Below the pieces are notes generated by a model. The model saw nothing but the letters and a program-made list of their open reading frames with translations. It was not told the DNA's origin and did no database searches. From a virus: DNA of 64,000 bases. Location of the stretch: the IMG/VR virus record IMGVR_UViG_3300045988_165047; one strand, 5' to 3'. The position numbers were made by a program, and so were the translations under genes. Below, in pieces: positions 41,230 through 50,151 of this stretch; position 1 is the first letter of the stretch; each line of letters starts with the position of its first letter.

Positions 41230-42783
41230 TCACATTTCCTCCAAAGCGTCTGCCAAGGATAAAACCCCCTTAAAGTCCCCATTGATTTTTAGGAACTTCT
41301 TAGCATTGGTAAATACCGCCTGCGTAATAGGGAAGTTATCCAAGAGGTAAAACGCCTTCGGTTGCTTCTTCGTGGGGTGCAGGCGAGCGATACGCCCGAT
41401 AGCCTGCTCGGTATCCTTCATAGGAAGGTGGATAATCAGCGTATCCAATCGGTCAATGTCAAGACCCTCCTTAGCGAGTTGCGTAACCCCAAGGACCAGC
41501 CTACATTCGTTTTGCAGGTAGTAGTCTTCCTCCTCCGTACGTTTAGCAGTTTCGGAGACAATGACCATAGGCTTGTACTTATGAAAGTACTTAGCCAGAG
41601 TATGTAGGACCTCCTTTCGCTTACTAAGGAACAAGATTGTTCTCCCCTCTTTTAGAGCTTCCTCAATTAAGCGCACCACCATTTTACGGCGCTTTGAATG
41701 TTCGTTGAGGTAGGAGTCTAGCGTTGCGTATGGGCAGTCCTTGAGTTTGCGAGCCACCGCAAGGAGTTTGTTCCCCTCGGTTTTGGTTATCACACCTGCA
41801 CCCATATCAGAGGTAATGGCATTGCAGATAGTCTTATTCAGACTTTCATTCATCGTAGCCGCCATAACCTTCTCCGTAGTGTGGTAGTGAACACCGACCC
41901 TATCTAGGTAGCTCTGAAAGGTAGGCGTAATAAGCTCCGAAGAGCATACAGAGTTTCCACTAATGTTCGTGCGCACAGCATACACGTAGGGAGGAGGGAA
42001 CACCTGTGGCATCTTAGCAACCTTCCCAAAGTGGTATGCAAGTATCTTATGCACGTTGTCAGTTCTTCGGAAAGTAGCAGTAAGAGCAATACGCCAACGG
42101 GCAGGTATCTCGTCAAGGATAGGGAGGTACGTCTCTGCGCCTATACGATGAGCTTCATCAAGGATAACCAACCCGATGTTGTTTACAAGCTCCTCGGGGA
42201 GCACCCTACACGTGAAGAGGTCAGTAACGACAATGGTGAAATCCGTATCAAGCATCACCTTAGAATCGCTTGACGACAAGATAGCAACAGATGCCGTAGT
42301 AGTTTCAGAAATTCTCGTAGCCCATTGCTTAGCGAGGTAATAGGTTGGTACTACTACGAGTGCCTGCCTACCAACTTTGTGCGCTTGGTAGATACCAAGG
42401 ATAGTTTTACCACCACCGCAAGGGGCTTCAATGAGGTACCCCTCCGAAGAGAGTTCCTCCTTATGCTCGGCAAGATATTTCTTCTGATAGTCACGTAGCG
42501 TTATAAGGCATTCATAAGAAGTCTTACGCCCGTCAATGCGCAAGTCCTTATCAAAGCCCGCTAGTTTGTCAGAATAGTATCTTGGTATTTCATACACACC
42601 ATCCTTCTCCTTCAAGTAACAGATAGTGGGTTCTACCTTTCGGTAAAACTTACCCCTCCCAAATCTAAGTATGTTTTGATACTCGGGGTTTGGGAGAGAT
42701 AAGTCCTTTATGAGTTCACTAAGAGAAATACCTAGTTTGTCAAGTTCCCTCTTAGTTACTTTTATGTTGCTTCCGATTTCCAT
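41230..42783 (-). CDS. superfamily 2 DEAH-box DNA helicase
   Basis: Motif I 'APCGGGKT', motif II 'LVILDEAHR', motif III 'LTATFRR' and motif VI 'QAIGRIARL'. Confidence 0.9.
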   Translation of the reverse strand: MEIGSNIKVTKRELDKLGISLSELIKDLSLPNPEYQNILRFGRGKFYRKVEPTICYLKEKDGVYEIPRYYSDKLAGFDKDLRIDGRKTSYECLITLRDYQKKYLAEHKEELSSEGYLIEAPCGGGKTILGIYQAHKVGRQALVVVPTYYLAKQWATRISETTTASVAILSSSDSKVMLDTDFTIVVTDLFTCRVLPEELVNNIGLVILDEAHRIGAETYLPILDEIPARWRIALTATFRRTDNVHKILAYHFGKVAKMPQVFPPPYVYAVRTNISGNSVCSSELITPTFQSYLDRVGVHYHTTEKVMAATMNESLNKTICNAITSDMGAGVITKTEGNKLLAVARKLKDCPYATLDSYLNEHSKRRKMVVRLIEEALKEGRTILFLSKRKEVLHTLAKYFHKYKPMVIVSETAKRTEEEDYYLQNECRLVLGVTQLAKEGLDIDRLDTLIIHLPMKDTEQAIGRIARLHPTKKQPKAFYLLDNFPITQAVFTNAKKFLKINGDFKGVLSLADALEEM

Positions 42784-42813
42784 CTTGCAGTTAGTTTAGT
42801 TTTTGTTCTCCCT

Positions 42814-42865
42814 CACGCGCACGCGCGCTTTATATATTATATATATATATTATTATAATACTATA
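42814..42865. repeat. alternating purine-pyrimidine tract: CACGCGCACGCGCGC followed by a (TA)-rich run
   Basis: Read directly: cacgcgcacgcgcgc (42814-42828), then tttatatattatatatatatattattataatactat. It lies 30 nt upstream of the helicase ATG. Confidence 0.8.
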
Positions 42866-42880
42866 AGACTATTCTAAATG

Positions 42881-42897
42881 AACTATCAAAGATAGTT
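42881..42897 (-). promoter_or_regulatory. 17-bp perfect palindrome AACTATC-AAA-GATAGTT containing a TATCTTTG box
   Basis: The minus strand reads AACTATCTTTGATAGTT. The -7-type box occupies 42887-42894. This is a candidate promoter/operator for the replication module. Confidence 0.45.
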
Positions 42898-42966
42898 CTT
42901 GTGTGCAGTCACTTTAGAAAAACTGACAATTTGATAGTCGTTTTTGCCCGAGTACTGCTCAGATAT

Positions 42967-42986
42967 TTCAAGGCTAAAGCCTTGAA
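42967..42986 (-). terminator. hairpin TTCAAGGC-TAAA-GCCTTGAA downstream of the tail operon
   Basis: Perfect 8-bp stem with a 4-nt loop in the non-coding boundary, 100 nt after the stop at 43086. Confidence 0.45.
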
Positions 42987-43020
42987 AATCTTCGACAGTC
43001 CTACGGGCGAGGGAGAGAGT

Positions 43021-43046
43021 TTAATCTTATATACTAATAAGATTAA
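43021..43046 (-). terminator. AT-rich hairpin TTAATCTTAT-ATACTA-ATAAGATTAA
   Basis: Perfect 10-bp stem, 40 nt after the stop at 43086. It overlaps the -7-like box of promoter copy iv. Confidence 0.35.
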
Positions 43047-43074
43047 GATAATAAAAGCTAACTACAATTCCAAA
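43043..43074 (-). promoter_or_regulatory. TTTG-N20-TATCTTAA promoter-like element (family copy iv)
   Basis: The minus strand reads GATTTGGAATTGTAGTTAGCTTTTATTATCTTAA, with the same 20-nt spacer as copies i-iii. Confidence 0.4.
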
Positions 43075-43085
43075 TCGTCCTAGAA

Positions 43086-44420
43086 TTAGTAGGGGTCAGT
43101 AGCCGCACTAGCTTTTCGGAGAGGGAGAATAAATTGGAAACCTGGAAGTAAAATTCTAACATCGGGGTTACCTATGTTCTCCCAAAATTTGGTAAAGCTT
43201 ACTCCGAGGAAACTCATCTTATATGAAATATCAAAGTCCACGAAGAACCCTCCAATGGCATAGTGAGTGGTTGGTAGCCCCTTATGGTCGGTTTCTCTAA
43301 AGGGGTTTACAATCCTGATAATTCCATAGGAGAACGTCCCATAGATGGTTTCACCCTTAGAAACCCCTGTAATTTCCTTATTTACTTTTACCGGAACTCT
43401 TATGTTGTGGAGGGGTACTACCATCTGAGCACTCCAGTCTAACGACAGACCAATAGAACTAAGAGGAGCATACTCTCTGCTGTTGATACCCTTAAAGAAG
43501 TTCCACACCTGTGGGGTTGCATCAGACGTATTAGGCTTGTACATTTCATCAAGGAGACCCCCAATAAATGCCCCATTGGTCCAGTTATCATTACCAACAT
43601 CAGTTGTTTCAGCCATACCCAAAACGTACAGAATATCTGCATAGCGTCTTATGTAGTAGTCAAACAATCTTGAAGAGACAGTTATCCCATCAAGAGAGTC
43701 AGAGCCACTTGGTACTGCAAAGGTGGTTCCAAGTCTTCTCCAGTCTTCCTCAATAGCGAGGAGATCCTTAATAGACTTCTTAGTGAACTTGAGGTCTTTC
43801 TCAAGTTCACCTTGCTTCTGTTGTATAGGGGAGAACCCTTCATAGCTTACAGCGTCACTACTGAACGCCCCCTTCCACGCCCCATAGTTGTACACTCTAG
43901 GGGCCTTCTTACCCTCAAAGAACACACGGAACAGCGTCACCTTATTGGGGTCTTCCTCTGCGGATGCACTGATAGTAACCACGTTGTCAAACACTATGTG
44001 CGTAGCCGCAGGTTTAGAGGTCCCGTCCTCAAAGAACGCTCCAGAGATTTCGCTGGTATTATCTAAGTCCCCATAGTCCACAGAATGCTCCACAAGAGCG
44101 CCTTGGACATAGAGGTCTCCCGTGTACTCTGCGGAGTCTAGAGTGACCTCCAAGGAGGCATCCTTGACATCAAACTCGCTCCCAAAGCAATGGAGTTTAC
44201 CCCCACTAACGGTAAGGGTAGCTTTTGCGTCTTTAAGCACCGCAGAGAGTGTGCAGGTGTGGGGGAACCCCATACGTCTCTCCAAGGAGGACATTTGCTC
44301 TTGAAGAGCCTCTATCTGTCTGTTAAGGTCAGCGGTCGTGAACAGGCTTGGAGCACCCTTAAAGAGCGCACGCTTAATGCGGTTCTTAGGGTGGTAAGTC
44401 TTCTTCTTAATTGCGCTCAT
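43086..44420 (-). CDS. tail fibre / receptor-binding-like protein (positional)
   Basis: 444 aa. It is the last gene of the baseplate operon, with an N-terminal coiled coil 'ADLNRQIEALQEQMSSLERR' followed by a beta-rich region. Confidence 0.45.
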   Translation of the reverse strand: MSAIKKKTYHPKNRIKRALFKGAPSLFTTADLNRQIEALQEQMSSLERRMGFPHTCTLSAVLKDAKATLTVSGGKLHCFGSEFDVKDASLEVTLDSAEYTGDLYVQGALVEHSVDYGDLDNTSEISGAFFEDGTSKPAATHIVFDNVVTISASAEEDPNKVTLFRVFFEGKKAPRVYNYGAWKGAFSSDAVSYEGFSPIQQKQGELEKDLKFTKKSIKDLLAIEEDWRRLGTTFAVPSGSDSLDGITVSSRLFDYYIRRYADILYVLGMAETTDVGNDNWTNGAFIGGLLDEMYKPNTSDATPQVWNFFKGINSREYAPLSSIGLSLDWSAQMVVPLHNIRVPVKVNKEITGVSKGETIYGTFSYGIIRIVNPFRETDHKGLPTTHYAIGGFFVDFDISYKMSFLGVSFTKFWENIGNPDVRILLPGFQFILPLRKASAATDPY

Positions 44421-45049
44421 ACGAATCGTCTATTTAGTTTTCTATGAATGAATTTGTCTGTTGATTTTGTGTAGTTGATTACTACCTCGGTGTCCCCGAA
44501 TGGAATAAACCCTCTAACCATCCTCTTTATCGTGGGGGCATAGTCATCCCAAAAAGGTTCGTCCAAAAGTGGCGTAGCCACCTCAATGACTATCTTAGAG
44601 GTGTTGATAAGTTGTTGATTATCAGAGATTAAGAACAACTCTCTATCCGCTGTGTTATCAAGAACATACCCGTTTGACCTTGAGTCTGGTATCACAATCT
44701 TGAGAGGTGCAAAGAACTTAGAGGTGTCTATTTCACTTTTACCTAGCACAAGAATGCTGAGTAGAATCTCTAGTCCAACAACACTACCACGTGCCGATAG
44801 CAACGTCTCTGCGTTAAGGAGGAGCTGTTGTAATGACCACAGAGGAGTTATATAAGGTAGGTTAAACCCGAGGTCTCTCAGCATATCTATAAGGCGGTGT
44901 TTGTTGGTAAGTACTGCCGCATTATAGCACCTGAGAGACGCTCCGATAACCTCCTTCTTCCAATCGTATGCGCCCTGCAACACCTGGATAAACTTCCAAG
45001 TGTTTGGGGACTGCATAGCGGTTTCTGGGATGTGTTTACTAAATTGCAT
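44417..45049 (-). CDS. baseplate protein (P2 gpI / Mu gp48 position)
   Basis: 210 aa, directly after the J-like gene with an ATGA overlap. Assignment is by synteny only. Confidence 0.45.
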   Translation of the reverse strand: MQFSKHIPETAMQSPNTWKFIQVLQGAYDWKKEVIGASLRCYNAAVLTNKHRLIDMLRDLGFNLPYITPLWSLQQLLLNAETLLSARGSVVGLEILLSILVLGKSEIDTSKFFAPLKIVIPDSRSNGYVLDNTADRELFLISDNQQLINTSKIVIEVATPLLDEPFWDDYAPTIKRMVRGFIPFGDTEVVINYTKSTDKFIHRKLNRRFV

Positions 45050-46550
45050 TGACTCTAATTGTTAGTTCGGAGTCCTTGATAGTTCTGAAAATCTCAGATT
45101 TGTCAAGGGCAATATCTGGCATAACTACATATCTACCTCCCATATCAAGGAGGAAAGAAACAGCCTGAACTCCTCGCACCTGAGTACGGAGGATAATGTC
45201 AAGGTCCTGTTTCTTGAAACCACCACCATAGGAGGCTTTAACTCTAGGGTTGGTGTAGTCTTTAAGGGCCTGCGCAACGGCACTACGTGTGACCTCCTGA
45301 TTAGTACCAAGGGACACAACCACGTCCACCACCAAAGATTTCGCTTCGTAGTTAGCCTTAGTCAGCAGACTACGATAGTTATTAGCTTGGTATCTTCCCG
45401 TGTACCCCACAATAAGATATGGGTGGAACTCCTCTGCAAGAATTTGAAGCTCCTTAGCATTGAGTTCAAAGGTGTCCTCCGTAGGGATAACGTTATACAC
45501 GACCTCCTGCCCCTCAAAGTGTACAGAAGATTTGTGTACAAAGGGGAAGCTGTTAAGAAGATGCTCCGCAGACTCCTCATTGATAGCCGCACGTCTGTTC
45601 TGATACGACATAGGGGCTTTAGCCTTGATAGAAGCGAGACTCTCGGGGTCACTACCTCCCGTGGCATTAGACAGCATACGAACCTCTGTAACGGCTCTAG
45701 CAGGCAAGGAAGCCCCCACAGAGGCATCACCCTTATGGATGTTCCCGTTCGCCCCCTTACAGCGTCTGTATTCAATTCGTATGGACTTATCAAGAGAGGG
45801 CTTATTACCAAACCCATCTTCACCGAAGAACACCGAGCAGGACCCGTTCTCTTCGGGTAGTACCATAAAGTGGTTACTCCCCCTAGTGGAGTCCCCAAAG
45901 TTCTTTACCTGCTCATAACGGATGTTGTCAATGATTACCTGAAGGCTATCAATGTCCACCATCGTCTTCCCTATGTACACGTTGTACCCGTTAAAGGGGA
46001 TAAGTTCGGCAAGCTGATTCCCCTCTCTAAGGGTGATAACCATAGAGGTAGTAGTGTCGCTTCTGTCTAAGCGAATATCCTCATCGTTGGAGAACTTGGT
46101 CCCATTAACCTCTACGATTAAGTCACCTCTTCGGTAAGTGATAGCGTCCCCCTTGTCAAAGATTACCTCAAAGGAAGAGGAAGCACCCTTACACGATTGC
46201 GGATAGTAGCCTATCGTAGAAGCCAAGCTAACCGCATTACTATACGAGCGCATCTTTCTTAGGATGCCCTCATTAGCAAACGCATTGATATACCAAAAGT
46301 CCTTCTCAGAAAAGAGCGCAAACAGCTCCAAAAGGAACTCTCCGAAGTCCGACTTGCTTCTATCTGTCCACTCGGGGAACACAGCGTCAGCAATAGAGTG
46401 CGCCTTAGTTACCATCTGCGCCATATTGGCGTTGGTGAGGAGGTCTTCCTCGGGGATAATCAAGAGCTGTGAGTACTTTTGGAGCTTTTGAAGCGTGGGG
46501 ACATCCAAGTCCGAAAAGTATTTTAGGAGTTGTTCTTTAGTCTGTGTCAT
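45039..46550 (-). CDS. baseplate wedge protein (gpJ / gp6-like, positional)
   Basis: 503 aa. Its size and its position after the gp25-sized ORF fit the conserved contractile-tail baseplate order. Confidence 0.5.
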   Translation of the reverse strand: MTQTKEQLLKYFSDLDVPTLQKLQKYSQLLIIPEEDLLTNANMAQMVTKAHSIADAVFPEWTDRSKSDFGEFLLELFALFSEKDFWYINAFANEGILRKMRSYSNAVSLASTIGYYPQSCKGASSSFEVIFDKGDAITYRRGDLIVEVNGTKFSNDEDIRLDRSDTTTSMVITLREGNQLAELIPFNGYNVYIGKTMVDIDSLQVIIDNIRYEQVKNFGDSTRGSNHFMVLPEENGSCSVFFGEDGFGNKPSLDKSIRIEYRRCKGANGNIHKGDASVGASLPARAVTEVRMLSNATGGSDPESLASIKAKAPMSYQNRRAAINEESAEHLLNSFPFVHKSSVHFEGQEVVYNVIPTEDTFELNAKELQILAEEFHPYLIVGYTGRYQANNYRSLLTKANYEAKSLVVDVVVSLGTNQEVTRSAVAQALKDYTNPRVKASYGGGFKKQDLDIILRTQVRGVQAVSFLLDMGGRYVVMPDIALDKSEIFRTIKDSELTIRVNAI

Positions 46551-46909
46551 ACAAAAATAACGTCTGATGTTAATGTGTTGTCTTCATTGAGGACCTCATA
46601 AGATACTTTCAGTGTGAGGTTCTTTCGGTCGCTTCCAACGTAACCAACGTCAATATCCTTTACCTTGACAGAGGGGACGTACTTCTTGATACCTCTTTGT
46701 AGAGTACCAAGAAGAATTACCTTGTTTGATACCACGTAAGAGACGGGTCTCTGTACAAGGGTAATGAAGTTAGCCCCAAAGTTAGGGGTGTATATCCTAT
46801 TCCTATCAAAGGAGCAATAGAAGTACATAGCGTCTCTTCCCCTCACAGCACCCTCTGAAAGGGAGATTTTCCCATTCACAAGGGGCAAATCAGTGTTTAA
46901 TCCACGCAT
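46547..46909 (-). CDS. baseplate wedge protein (gpW / gp25-sized, positional)
   Basis: 120 aa, lying between the spike and the J-like gene. No clear gp25 motif seen by eye. Confidence 0.4.
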   Translation of the reverse strand: MRGLNTDLPLVNGKISLSEGAVRGRDAMYFYCSFDRNRIYTPNFGANFITLVQRPVSYVVSNKVILLGTLQRGIKKYVPSVKVKDIDVGYVGSDRKNLTLKVSYEVLNEDNTLTSDVIFV

Positions 46910-46911
46910 AG

Positions 46912-47190
46912 CTAAACGATTTTAGAGGGTTTAAGAGGAGCTACAATAGCTGGTGTTGTGGGTGTCGTGCTAGTGACCGACACGTTCTGAGGTCCGACTA
47001 TTATGTCACCACTACGAACAAAAGCGTCCACAGAGGACGCAATAGTCTTAGCAAGCTCCCCAGCTACTCGGTCAATGACTGCGCTGGGGTCCTCTTGTTC
47101 ATCCCCATTAAGGGCGTTATCACTTTGTTTCAAGAGAGCTTCTTTGATACCCGATTTAAGGGAACTCTCTAAAGATAGTTTATTCAGCAT
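46912..47190 (-). CDS. hypothetical baseplate-module protein
   Basis: 92-aa ORF in the baseplate operon. Confidence 0.5.
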   Translation of the reverse strand: MLNKLSLESSLKSGIKEALLKQSDNALNGDEQEDPSAVIDRVAGELAKTIASSVDAFVRSGDIIVGPQNVSVTSTTPTTPAIVAPLKPSKIV

Positions 47191-47605
47191 CGCCTACTTT
47201 GTTAATCAGCTTGTTAATATCCTCTAGCTTGGTAGTTATCTCAGAGAACTTCTTAATAGAGTCTGGCATAAAAGGCTGAGGACCAATGTTAGTATTGACC
47301 TTAGCCTTGCCCAGCTGTTTCAAGAGTTCAGTAAGACACTCAAGAATTTGCTCCACCACATCGTACTTCTTAGACTTCGCCGAGTTGGTAGGGAAGAACC
47401 CAATAATCATAGGGTTCTCTAAGATGTCCTTTTCAAAAGCAACTACTGCCAAAAAGTCATCTTTGTACTCCTTAATCCACTCTTCGGAGGGAGCAACAAT
47501 ACCACTACCTACCATAATAGGCACAAGGAGTGTCTCTCCCGTTCTAAACTTAACTCGGTAGCTGTGGTCCTTTACTTCACCAAGTATCTTAGCAAATTCA
47601 ATCAT
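47180..47605 (-). CDS. baseplate spike protein (gpV / gp5 OB-fold-like)
   Basis: 'GEVKDHSYRVKFRTGETLLVPI...FLAVVAFEKDILENPMIIGFFP' resembles the Phage_base_V pattern (G.V....v.V...g..s.w....Gd.V.v.F..gd...P.I.G). Confidence 0.5.
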   Translation of the reverse strand: MIEFAKILGEVKDHSYRVKFRTGETLLVPIMVGSGIVAPSEEWIKEYKDDFLAVVAFEKDILENPMIIGFFPTNSAKSKKYDVVEQILECLTELLKQLGKAKVNTNIGPQPFMPDSIKKFSEITTKLEDINKLINKVGDAE

Positions 47606-48936
47606 CGTATAAACTCTAGTTCAGTCCAAGTACCATCAGAGTCCCAAATGTGTTTGAGACCTCTTAGGAAGAAATGGGTGTCCAAATTCTTGGTGTGGTA
47701 ACTAAGAATACCTCTAACGGGGTAAGACCTCTGAGAACGAATATCAAGGTCCTGATTTGTCTTAGCCGACAAGGTAATACCAAAGAACGCCTTATCAAAC
47801 ATAGCGGTGCGCTCATCAAGTATTTGCGTACGCTTGTAGTAATAAGCCGCATTATCGGGGTTATCCTTACTACCCCACTCCATACCCGTTGGGGAGGACT
47901 CTCGTATTCTCTTAGCTCTTTCGGGGTCCGTTCTATGGATGAAGGCTACCTTCTCCTCATCAAGTTCGTAGAACACCATATAACGCTTCCCGTCCTTCTC
48001 TTCAATTTCGGAGATAGTGGACTTTTCCTCCCCCGTAGTTTTATCAAAGTAGACCGCAGACCTAGACACTGCATGCGCCGCAGAAATGTCCTCGTCAATG
48101 GAGACGCTTCTAAGCATACGGATGCGACTAGGAGCGTCTGGGAATTGTTGTATCTCGTTCTCTCTTGGAGAGGTTATGCGCCCTTGTAAGGGGTATAAGA
48201 ACCCAATCTCAGACTGCTTAGAGAACGCCTTACGCTTGTTTACGAAGTTAAGTTTCTCCACCCCATTCTCATTAGACACCCATACAGAGCAACCAAAGTC
48301 TTGGGCAAGCATATTGAGGTACTTCCAATCGGTCATCCCCTTTTGGTAAGACACCTTAATAGCGTTGAAGTCTCGCTTAACTGAGACAACGTCCTCATTA
48401 GGTGCATCAAGGTCAATAACCCCCAACTCAAAGTTGTTCTCTTCGGCAATACCCCTAATGATGTCCATAGCACTAAGGGTTTTAGCTTGGGCGAACTTAC
48501 GGCTACTATGGGGGTCGGGGTACACAAAGTGTTTGAAGTCCTTGCCCAGCTTAGTAAACCCGAAGTTCATACACTCTACGCTGAAAGTAATACTCCCGTC
48601 ATCCTCAAAGCGAGTTCTTAGGCGAGTGACCGTCCCCGAGAACACGTGCTTCATACTTCTCTGGCTGTCGGAGTAGTAACCGCCCATAAGGGCAATAGCT
48701 TGTCCGATATGGAAGTAGTAAAGCAAAATATCAGCGTGCCTCGTTATGGTGAAGTTGAGAGTATTGAGCAATTCAGCCTTCTCCTCGTACACAACGGGGT
48801 AACTGACGAAAGGCTCAATGTCAATGAAGTCCCCGTCAGTATTGAAAACAACCCCCGACCCTTTAAGGTCGTCAAGGTTCTTTCTTCGCCCGTTGAATAG
48901 GCGAATCTTAAAGCTAGGTTGAATAGAATTACCCAT
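47602..48936 (-). CDS. baseplate hub protein (gpD / gp27-like, positional)
   Basis: 444 aa, lying between the LysM protein and the spike. Confidence 0.5.
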   Translation of the reverse strand: MGNSIQPSFKIRLFNGRRKNLDDLKGSGVVFNTDGDFIDIEPFVSYPVVYEEKAELLNTLNFTITRHADILLYYFHIGQAIALMGGYYSDSQRSMKHVFSGTVTRLRTRFEDDGSITFSVECMNFGFTKLGKDFKHFVYPDPHSSRKFAQAKTLSAMDIIRGIAEENNFELGVIDLDAPNEDVVSVKRDFNAIKVSYQKGMTDWKYLNMLAQDFGCSVWVSNENGVEKLNFVNKRKAFSKQSEIGFLYPLQGRITSPRENEIQQFPDAPSRIRMLRSVSIDEDISAAHAVSRSAVYFDKTTGEEKSTISEIEEKDGKRYMVFYELDEEKVAFIHRTDPERAKRIRESSPTGMEWGSKDNPDNAAYYYKRTQILDERTAMFDKAFFGITLSAKTNQDLDIRSQRSYPVRGILSYHTKNLDTHFFLRGLKHIWDSDGTWTELEFIR

Positions 48937-49252
48937 TGGTGCTGTATATGTTTCGTTGAGTATCGGAGTCTCTGATGATTATCCTCGGGAGCTTGAGAAC
49001 GTCCCCAGCCTGCCAATCATCGGGCATTCTAGGAGGGTTGTTGTCCGCTATAAGCGTCCACAAGTGTTCAAGACCTTCCCCAAAAATGCGCTCCGCAATA
49101 GAATAGAGTGTCTCCCCATCCTTTACGATGTACTCATACCAAGAGTACGTAACCGAAGCGTCCTTAATAGGATAATGGGAAACCTTACCGCCCAAAAACT
49201 GAGCGATAAGGTTCTTCTTGTTGTAAAAAGCGTTACTAATCATCTTTCCCAC
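48929..49252 (-). CDS. LysM-domain tail protein (P2 gpX-like)
   Basis: 'YIVKDGETLYSIAERIFGEGLEHLWTLIADNN...GDVLKLP' matches the LysM consensus. Confidence 0.75.
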   Translation of the reverse strand: MGKMISNAFYNKKNLIAQFLGGKVSHYPIKDASVTYSWYEYIVKDGETLYSIAERIFGEGLEHLWTLIADNNPPRMPDDWQAGDVLKLPRIIIRDSDTQRNIYSTNG

Positions 49253-50151
49253 TTAACTCGTCGCTCAAGGGTCTCGTACTCGTGAACGACAAATTCTACA
49301 TTTACATTAGCTCTGATAGGGGTTAAATCTCTATCAAAAAGAGTGTACTCTACGGGGCAACTCCTCAAGAACCCTTCTAAGTAGATAGGTCCAAGAGCGA
49401 GGACAGCCGTTGCAGGGGGTCGGAATTGGTTTTCCGATACTACCCCACCCTCTGCAAATCTTGGGGTCTCCTCACCAACGAGTTTAGCAGGGTACAGAAA
49501 GCTCTGTAAGAACTCTACCTCTGGGAGAACTCCCCTTTCGTGCACTCTAGAGACCGAGTAAGCATCCCCAACAAAGTCAAACCTATCAGGTCCAGCATTG
49601 GGAGATTTAAGGGGGTTCAAGTCTCTAAGATACCCCTCTACACGAGACTTTATCGTGTGTCTAGGGACTTCGTACTTTTGGGTCTCCTCATTGTAGGGGA
49701 ACCCTTTACCCTTATCATCAATCTCCATAGCTCTTGCAGAACCATAGCTCTCTGGACGGAGCTGGCGGTACTTAGACCCTGGGGTATTATCTAGAAAGAG
49801 CTGGAACGTTATTACACGTTCACCTCCACCACTCCAAGAATAGTCCTCATAATGAAGACCTGCGTAGTTTCGGTTAGCGTACGTTGTGTTCTTAGTGTCA
49901 GAGACGGTCTGTGGGTTAAACTGAAACTGATAACCTTTGTTTAGGTCAATAGTGTTAGCTGAACGCACATACTCTCTGTCAATAATAATCCCTCGGGTAG
50001 GTGTGTACCCACCTGAAAACCTGCTTGGGTCTTCACCAAAAGCTCCAGAGGGGTTTCTTCGTAGTACCGAAGCAAACTCACTCAGAGCAATGTCAGCCGC
50101 CGTAGAAACGGCTCCTGCTAAAGCAAAGTTAGTAATTCCCTTAATATCCAT
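49240..50151 (-). CDS. tube-like / tube-initiator protein (positional)
   Basis: 303 aa directly after the tape measure. 'GYQFQFNPQTVSDTKNTTY...GGGERVITFQLFLD' resembles the contractile-system tube-family N-terminus. Confidence 0.4.
   Translation of the reverse strand: MDIKGITNFALAGAVSTAADIALSEFASVLRRNPSGAFGEDPSRFSGGYTPTRGIIIDREYVRSANTIDLNKGYQFQFNPQTVSDTKNTTYANRNYAGLHYEDYSWSGGGERVITFQLFLDNTPGSKYRQLRPESYGSARAMEIDDKGKGFPYNEETQKYEVPRHTIKSRVEGYLRDLNPLKSPNAGPDRFDFVGDAYSVSRVHERGVLPEVEFLQSFLYPAKLVGEETPRFAEGGVVSENQFRPPATAVLALGPIYLEGFLRSCPVEYTLFDRDLTPIRANVNVEFVVHEYETLERRVKWER

Noticed and set aside
45362-45898. 178-aa alternative-frame minus-strand ORF inside the baseplate J-like gene. Similar nested ORFs occur at 25778..26119, 61939..62325, 9736..10149 and 16781..17026.
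   Set aside because: All are fully nested in longer ORFs on the same strand in another frame. They have Arg/Leu/Ser-biased composition and no independent signals.
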